Shown: positions 29,865 through 35,327 of the stretch, one piece after another
Layout: each line of letters starts with the position of its first letter
How positions within the stretch are numbered: the first letter of the stretch is position 1
Source of the DNA: Thermoplasmatota archaeon
GTDB taxonomy: Archaea; Thermoplasmatota; Penumbrarchaeia; Penumbrarchaeales; Penumbrarchaeaceae
Direction of reading: 5' to 3'
DNA: 35,327 nt
Assembly: GCA_965234725.1 (NCBI GenBank)
Contig: CBDDUX010000101.1
Span: forward strand, 1 to 35,327
Notes under the pieces: model-generated
Told to the model about the DNA's origin: nothing
The model's input: only the letters and a program-made list of their open reading frames with translations
The model's database searches: none
Made by a program: the position numbers and the translations under genes

Positions 29865-32800
29865 ATGTTGATCAATCTTGAGAAGAGAAGATTCCATGTA
29901 TTCACATCATTTCTGATCATGATCACTCTGATCATGGTCTGTTTTTCTAGTGCTCAAGTATCATCCCATGAAATGAAATCGTTACCCACCAGGATGGTGG
30001 ATGGTGAGAAGGGATCCGTTCATGAATTCAATCTTGGAAGTTCCGAAATGAACGGTCTGGAAATGAACGAGCAGGACCAGGTGGAGGTCGAAGAACTTGG
30101 AGAAAGGGTCAAGGAGGATTTCACAGACCTTTCTGGATCCACTCTCTTTGAAAATCTAAATCATGATGATAGGAACTTCAATATCGAACATGATTTCAAG
30201 AAGGTCTACGGGGGTTTCAATTATGAACAGATATTCGGAGCCATCCATACATCCGATGGAGGCTATGCCGCAGTTGGAACGACAAATTCCTTTGTTTCAT
30301 TCCCTAATGATGTGAACTTGTGGCTGTTAAAGTTGGATGAGAATGGGAACATGCTCTGGAACAGGTCCTATGGCGGAAGCATGAATGACGAAGGGAGAGG
30401 TTTAACGGAGGCTTCGAATGGAGACCTGATATTGGTCGGTTATTCGGTCTCCTATGGAAGTAATTATCTTGACCCATGGATAGTGAGGACCGACAGCAAC
30501 GGGAACGAGATCTGGAACCAGACCTATCATCTGGGATTCACGGGATGGGGGATGTCCGTCATCGAGACCTCTTCCCAGGAGATCGCGATCTGCGGTTACA
30601 AACAAAATCAATCTACTCAAAATACAAATGATGCATTCTTCATAAAGACAGATGGATCCGGGAAGGAGATACTTAACAGAACCTGGGGGACCGATGGTGA
30701 TGAGGTTGCAAGGGACCTTATCGAGACCATTGACGGAAATTTCCTTCTGGTTGGGGATTCCGAACCCTTCAATGGCATCGAGATGATCACTCTCTGGAAG
30801 CTGGACGGCTCTGGTATTGAATTGTGGAACAAAACCTATGGCGGAGGGGCCTGGTATATGGGTTACAGGGTGGAACAGATCCCGACAGGGGATATCTTCT
30901 CCTTCGGATTAGTGATGTCCATACCTGGAACAGGGCTTGATCTCGTTCTGGTCAAAACAGATAGTTCGGGTAAAGAACAATGGAAAAGGACCTATGACAG
31001 CGGAGGTAACGATCGACCCCAATCCATGACCGTTGATAGCACCGGTGTTATAATGGTGGGTTCATGCTCGACCCAATCCAGTGGGGATGATATTTTCATC
31101 GTCCGTTCAGACCTTTCAGGGACAAAGACATGGTCCAGACAGTACGGTGGATCTGGAAGCGATATAGGTATCGAAGCACTCGTCAGTCCATATGGATTCT
31201 ATCTCATTGGGTATTCCTATACTTGGGGCCCGGGATTTATGGGAGCATTCCTCCTGAACCTGACTTCGACCGGAGAAGGTGCACAGGGCATTTTCCGATC
31301 GGTCGATATGATGGAAGGTATATCTGCTATCTCGATCAAGGAGATGTTCTACACCGCAAAGATCAAAACAGGTTCATCGATCGGGATCAGGTTCTCCGAT
31401 GATGGTGTGAACTGGTATAACTCGAACAAGGTCCCGAACCTTTTTACAATGCTCTCCACGGGTAGCGGAAAGATCCTGCTTAAGAATCTTGATGGTTTCG
31501 AGGAGGATCTATATTATGAACTCACATTCCAATGCAGCTCCGGTGACCCGGCAAGTTTAAGCTCGCTTTCTTTTGTATATGGATATAGAGAACTTTTCGG
31601 AACAATGGAAACAAGTACCTTTGAACTTTCCGGAGATGTGACCTGGGGAAGGATCGGAATAGATATCGATCTTCCTGAGGGAACATCTTCAATGATCCGG
31701 ATCAGAACGGCTCCTTCCAGTAATGACCTACCAATGGTCAGTTACTCCGGCCCAGATGGTACTGGACAAACTTCCTATTCGAATGGAGACATGATCAAGC
31801 CTGAAAATGCTGACGACAAGGCCATCCAGGTCTTTGTGAACCTTACAACTGATGACATGATGATAACTCCGGCTCTGAAGGGGATCAACATCACCTACGA
31901 TCTGCCTGGGTCGATCCTCTCGACAGGCGTATCCTCCAACACAGGAAATATCGATGATCTGTTCAATTTCACCCTCACATTCATCGATCCTGACGGAGAT
32001 CCGCCGGATGATGTTTCGGTCGAGTTGGATGGAACGAATTCCACATTATCACCTATTGGAATTGATACTGATAGTACGAATGGAAGGCTCTACGGATTCG
32101 AGACCCAACTTGATGCGGGGGACCACTCCTATAGGTTCTTTGTTGATTACAAAGACGAGGTCCTTTACACGGCTTCGTTGATATTGAACGTTCTACCAGG
32201 TCCACTTCAGACCATAGATATCTCACCGATCGATGAAGTTGTCACTGCTGATGATGAGTTGCAATTCAATGCCATAGGCCGTGATAGAGCAGGAAACACG
32301 ATTGAAGTTCTACCTCAATGGCAGGTCACAGGTGGTGGGACGATCGATGAATTCGGTCATCTGACTGCCGAGAAGGTAGGTACATGGACAGTTTTCGGTA
32401 ATGCCTCAGGTTTATCCGGTCAAACGACCTTCACGATCACACCTGGAGATCTGACAAGGGTAGAGGTCCTGACAGATACCTACTCGATAACAGCTGATGA
32501 GACTGTTCAGCTAATGGGAATTGGATATGATTCCGATGGGAACGAGATCGAAATAGAACCCACCTGGGAAGCGGAAGGTGGAGGGACCATTGACCAGACG
32601 GGACTCTTTAATGGAGATATCGTAGGATCCTGGAAGGTCTATGCAAATTACTCCGGCCTTTCCGCATTCGAGATAATCGAAGTATATGCTGGGAACCTTT
32701 CCAAGATCATAATTGAACCTCAAGAGGTGACAATGAATATATCGGAAAGTGTCCAGTTCACGGCGAACGGTTACGATTCGGATGGAAATATTGTTACGAT

Positions 32801-33191
32801 AATTCCTGAATGGGATGGGTCCGGGGGTCACATAGAGTCCGATGGACTTTTCACTGCTGCTACTTCCGGAACATGGACGATATACTGCAATTATTCGTTA
32901 ATATCCGGAGAAGTGACCGTGACCATCAATCTGTCTCAACCAATTAATGATGACGATAGTGATGATGATCTGCCGGATGATGATGATGGAACAAGTGAAA
33001 AGAATGAAAGCTCCAACTTTATTGTAGTATCAATCGTCATTATCATTCTGGTAATAATAGCTGCAGTTGTGGCTACCCTTCTTCTAATGATAAAGAAAAG
33101 GAAAGAAGGAGAGGAACAAGCTGAGAAACAGGAGCCAGAGGTGGAGGATCCAAATGAGATCGAACAACCCTTGGGGACTGAGATGAATTAA
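29865..33191 (+). CDS. Large cell-surface glycoprotein: repeat beta-propeller, beta-sandwich domains, three Ig-like repeats, acidic linker, TM anchor
   Basis: Signal peptide; repeated KxDxxGNxxWNxTYGGxxxD blades; three 82-aa repeats; DDDSDDDLPDDDD linker; TM followed by KKRK. Start at ATG29865 after the SD GGGGAGG. Confidence 0.82.
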   Translation: MLINLEKRRFHVFTSFLIMITLIMVCFSSAQVSSHEMKSLPTRMVDGEKGSVHEFNLGSSEMNGLEMNEQDQVEVEELGERVKEDFTDLSGSTLFENLNHDDRNFNIEHDFKKVYGGFNYEQIFGAIHTSDGGYAAVGTTNSFVSFPNDVNLWLLKLDENGNMLWNRSYGGSMNDEGRGLTEASNGDLILVGYSVSYGSNYLDPWIVRTDSNGNEIWNQTYHLGFTGWGMSVIETSSQEIAICGYKQNQSTQNTNDAFFIKTDGSGKEILNRTWGTDGDEVARDLIETIDGNFLLVGDSEPFNGIEMITLWKLDGSGIELWNKTYGGGAWYMGYRVEQIPTGDIFSFGLVMSIPGTGLDLVLVKTDSSGKEQWKRTYDSGGNDRPQSMTVDSTGVIMVGSCSTQSSGDDIFIVRSDLSGTKTWSRQYGGSGSDIGIEALVSPYGFYLIGYSYTWGPGFMGAFLLNLTSTGEGAQGIFRSVDMMEGISAISIKEMFYTAKIKTGSSIGIRFSDDGVNWYNSNKVPNLFTMLSTGSGKILLKNLDGFEEDLYYELTFQCSSGDPASLSSLSFVYGYRELFGTMETSTFELSGDVTWGRIGIDIDLPEGTSSMIRIRTAPSSNDLPMVSYSGPDGTGQTSYSNGDMIKPENADDKAIQVFVNLTTDDMMITPALKGINITYDLPGSILSTGVSSNTGNIDDLFNFTLTFIDPDGDPPDDVSVELDGTNSTLSPIGIDTDSTNGRLYGFETQLDAGDHSYRFFVDYKDEVLYTASLILNVLPGPLQTIDISPIDEVVTADDELQFNAIGRDRAGNTIEVLPQWQVTGGGTIDEFGHLTAEKVGTWTVFGNASGLSGQTTFTITPGDLTRVEVLTDTYSITADETVQLMGIGYDSDGNEIEIEPTWEAEGGGTIDQTGLFNGDIVGSWKVYANYSGLSAFEIIEVYAGNLSKIIIEPQEVTMNISESVQFTANGYDSDGNIVTIIPEWDGSGGHIESDGLFTAATSGTWTIYCNYSLISGEVTVTINLSQPINDDDSDDDLPDDDDGTSEKNESSNFIVVSIVIIILVIIAAVVATLLLMIKKRKEGEEQAEKQEPEVEDPNEIEQPLGTEMN
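32196..32933 (+). repeat. Three tandem 246-bp (82-aa) Ig-like domain repeats
   Basis: Units start at 32196, 32442 and 32688 and share GxDxxGNxxxxxPxWxxxGGxIxxxG...GxWxxxxNxSxxS. Confidence 0.85.
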
Positions 33192-33843
33192 AACTTTGGT
33201 TCCAAAAAGAACCGGTCCCTGGATCGGAAGTTGAAGGATAGAGTGATGTTCCGGGTCCTTGGGCGGCTTTTTGTGATCCCTGGGCCTTTCTCTTCTTGTT
33301 TCTCTGGAGAATAAAGAATGCGATAATGGCTGGAGCCGCTATCTGAGGAAAGCAGCATAATGCTACTGCTCCGATCGATGAAAGTGTATCGGAAACTGAT
33401 GATGATGAGGAATCCTCTTCAGATGGATTACCATCTCCTGTCAGGACCATTACCTTGTATATTTCGTAGACTTCCTTCTCGTCCCCGTCTTCTTCGGTTG
33501 ACTTCACAATGTCAACATGAAGGAGGATACCCTTTCCTTTTTTCACGCTTGATTCCAAAATATTTCCAAAAACGGCTTGATTGTCGGGATCGGATCCGAG
33601 GGTCAGAAATGTGATACCAAGGGCAGGATAGCTCTCAAAGTCCACCAGTGTATCTGCCATTATGATCCTTTCATTCACATCATAGGCCAGGTAATCATCT
33701 TTCTCTCCGTCGGAATCCGTATCGACGTAGTTTGCGTTGAGGTCATCCCAGGTGGGTGTAATGGCCGTAACATTTCCGATAATAAGGAATGAAGACGCGA
33801 TCAATACCAAGAAGACTAAAAAAACTGAAAATGCCTTGAACAT
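33073..33843 (-). CDS. Hypothetical type I membrane protein; 3' end probably affected by a frameshift
   Basis: Signal peptide, acidic ectodomain with DTDSDGEKD, Ser-rich linker, TM with LCCFP, basic stop-transfer. Start at ATG33843 after GGGGA. Overlaps the convergent gene by 119 bp. Confidence 0.65.
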   Translation of the reverse strand: MFKAFSVFLVFLVLIASSFLIIGNVTAITPTWDDLNANYVDTDSDGEKDDYLAYDVNERIIMADTLVDFESYPALGITFLTLGSDPDNQAVFGNILESSVKKGKGILLHVDIVKSTEEDGDEKEVYEIYKVMVLTGDGNPSEEDSSSSSVSDTLSSIGAVALCCFPQIAAPAIIAFFILQRNKKRKAQGSQKAAQGPGTSLYPSTSDPGTGSFWNQSFNSSQSPRVVRSHLDPPPLAPVSQLVPLLLSFSLSLEEG

Positions 33844-34364
33844 CGAATCCCCAAATGTTACCAATGGTTGATTTCAAATATATTTTTTTCAGTCAAAAAG
33901 AGATATTTTTCTTTCATTTGAGATTTATTTAAGATGGATATGATCAACATTTTGGACCTGCATGTAAAAATTTTCATTATCGAAAAATGGGATTTGGATT
34001 GTTTTTTTTTAATAAATTTACAGTTCACTGTTAATTTTTTTAAAAGGGCAGGTCTGTAACTAATTTTTTTCGAAGATATATATCTTTCTTTACATAATGT
34101 CAATTTTGTTAAGTTTGCTATTAATCTTTTGAAAAGCCAAAAAAAGAAATTAAAAAAAAATAGTGACGGATCAAGTGCGAGAGTGGTGAGTGCGTTAATA
34201 AGAAATTAACAAAGCACTCGGTCTGTCTGATAACTATTTTGACACTTATCTACATATTTATGTAAACATATGTAAAGATGTGTCATGGAAAAAAGGATAT
34301 AGTCAAGAATCACATCCCATAATCCCCCTCATAAAAATGAGATAGGAATTTGAAGGTGATATAT

Positions 34365-34997
34365 ATGTTAAAAGGCGTCCACATGGGACTTGTAGTATTG
34401 ATGTCGATTTCTATGTTTGCGGGAGCAATAAGTATCCTGAATATTACTGAGGATGCAGAGGCCTGTAATTTCGGGACAGAATTGATTGCAGGTCAAAATG
34501 AAATTGCAGGAACTGTACAATTCATACATTATAGCTGGGCTAGTGAAATGATGTGTCTTGAAGTGGAGATGGAAGAAGGATGGTACATGACAGAATGGCA
34601 TCTTGCTGTGGGCGAAGGCCTCACAAAGGATAAGAATGAATATGATACTCATATTCCTCTTACAAAATCCGGTGCACCCAAGGTTGGAAATTTCCAATAT
34701 AGTGGAGAATTCTCAACACCCCTTAATTCAGATGATGGACAGGTGTTAGTACAAGATTTCAATCTATTTGACATCGGTACTATAGAAAAAGATTACCGTG
34801 AAAATGGAGATATTATTCCAAAGGGTCGTTTCTATGCAGCATTTCATGCAGTGGTCTACAAATTGAATTCTGATAGCTCAATGAGAGAAGAGACAGCATG
34901 GGCTGATACCACGGGTCACAATTATGAGAAAGGCTGGGGATTCTACCTCATATATAACATAGATTATTATAACGACCCACAAGCTTGGGCAAGTTAA
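34365..34997 (+). CDS. Secreted hypothetical protein
   Basis: Signal peptide (..EDAEA|C); motifs LIAGQ, GWYMTEWHL, IPLTKSGAPKVGNFQY, FHAVV, ETAWA. Start at ATG34365 after the SD AGGTGA. Confidence 0.75.
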   Translation: MLKGVHMGLVVLMSISMFAGAISILNITEDAEACNFGTELIAGQNEIAGTVQFIHYSWASEMMCLEVEMEEGWYMTEWHLAVGEGLTKDKNEYDTHIPLTKSGAPKVGNFQYSGEFSTPLNSDDGQVLVQDFNLFDIGTIEKDYRENGDIIPKGRFYAAFHAVVYKLNSDSSMREETAWADTTGHNYEKGWGFYLIYNIDYYNDPQAWAS

Positions 34998-35001
34998 ACT
35001 A

Positions 35002-35046
35002 AGGGAGAATGTCATTCATAATATGACATTCTCTCTACAATTTTTT
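35002..35046 (+). terminator. Intrinsic-terminator-like hairpin
   Basis: 14-bp stem AGGGAGAATGTCAT/ATGACATTCTCTCT (one G-U) with a 7-nt loop, then ACAATTTTTT, a few bp after the stop. Confidence 0.75.
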
Positions 35047-35327
35047 AATACTTTGTAGTGATAATAACATGTTTCATTGCATTTTCATATAATATTAAAT
35101 TGAAGAATTTATGTATATTTAATAGTGATAAGGGATTTTTTCATTGATTCTCTCAGAAGGATTTAGAATTACCATACGAATTGGTTCATCGTTACAATTT
35201 GAAAATAAAGATTTAGGAAGTACTAAAAATCGTAACTATACATCTACACCAATGTGCGTTGGTGTGAATTTAAACCTAAGCTCCCACGGAAATAGTAACG
35301 AGGAATCAGATCATATTGGATTTTAAA

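Noticed and set aside
33858..34103. 81-aa minus-strand ORF
   Set aside because: K/I/F-rich translation of AT-rich promoter DNA.
35144..35326. 60-aa ORF running off the window end
   Set aside because: TTG start, no SD and no motif; cannot be judged from this window.
1..35327. tRNA, rRNA, CRISPR array, transposase/integrase, reverse transcriptase, or Sec/Pyl read-through
   Set aside because: GGTTCGA-like hits fall inside CDSs without cloverleaf context; no spaced repeat array or mobile-element motifs were seen; no gene appears split by an in-frame TGA or TAG.

Overview
Gene-dense 35 kb window, most likely from an archaeon and probably a Thermoplasmatota member. This is an inference from an archaeal-type phosphoribulokinase, GGTGA/GAGGTG Shine-Dalgarno motifs, TATA-like boxes about 25 bp before apparently leaderless starts, and large TM-anchored surface proteins rich in N-x-S/T sequons. 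In order it holds: phosphoribulokinase; a bacterial-looking segment (GH130, GT4 fusion, RRM RNA-binding protein); a MacB/FtsX-type ABC pair divergent from a PadR-methyltransferase-like fusion; a YkgJ Cys-cluster protein; a degenerate PaaK-like ligase; a short LplA; an FG-GAP/CARDB surface protein; an HTH plus membrane protein operon; a beta-helix/beta-propeller lipoprotein; a thioredoxin-E1alpha-E1beta-E2 2-oxoacid dehydrogenase operon with no E3; an ABC-2 pair; EamA; a SHOCT protein; a second large surface protein; and an AT-rich end with structured intergenic DNA. I saw no tRNA, rRNA, CRISPR array or transposase. The best candidates for new biology are the E3-less dehydrogenase operon headed by a thioredoxin, the PadR-pseudo-methyltransferase regulator, and the RRM gene whose leader can sequester its Shine-Dalgarno. 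All family calls are motif recognition by eye; no database searches were run.
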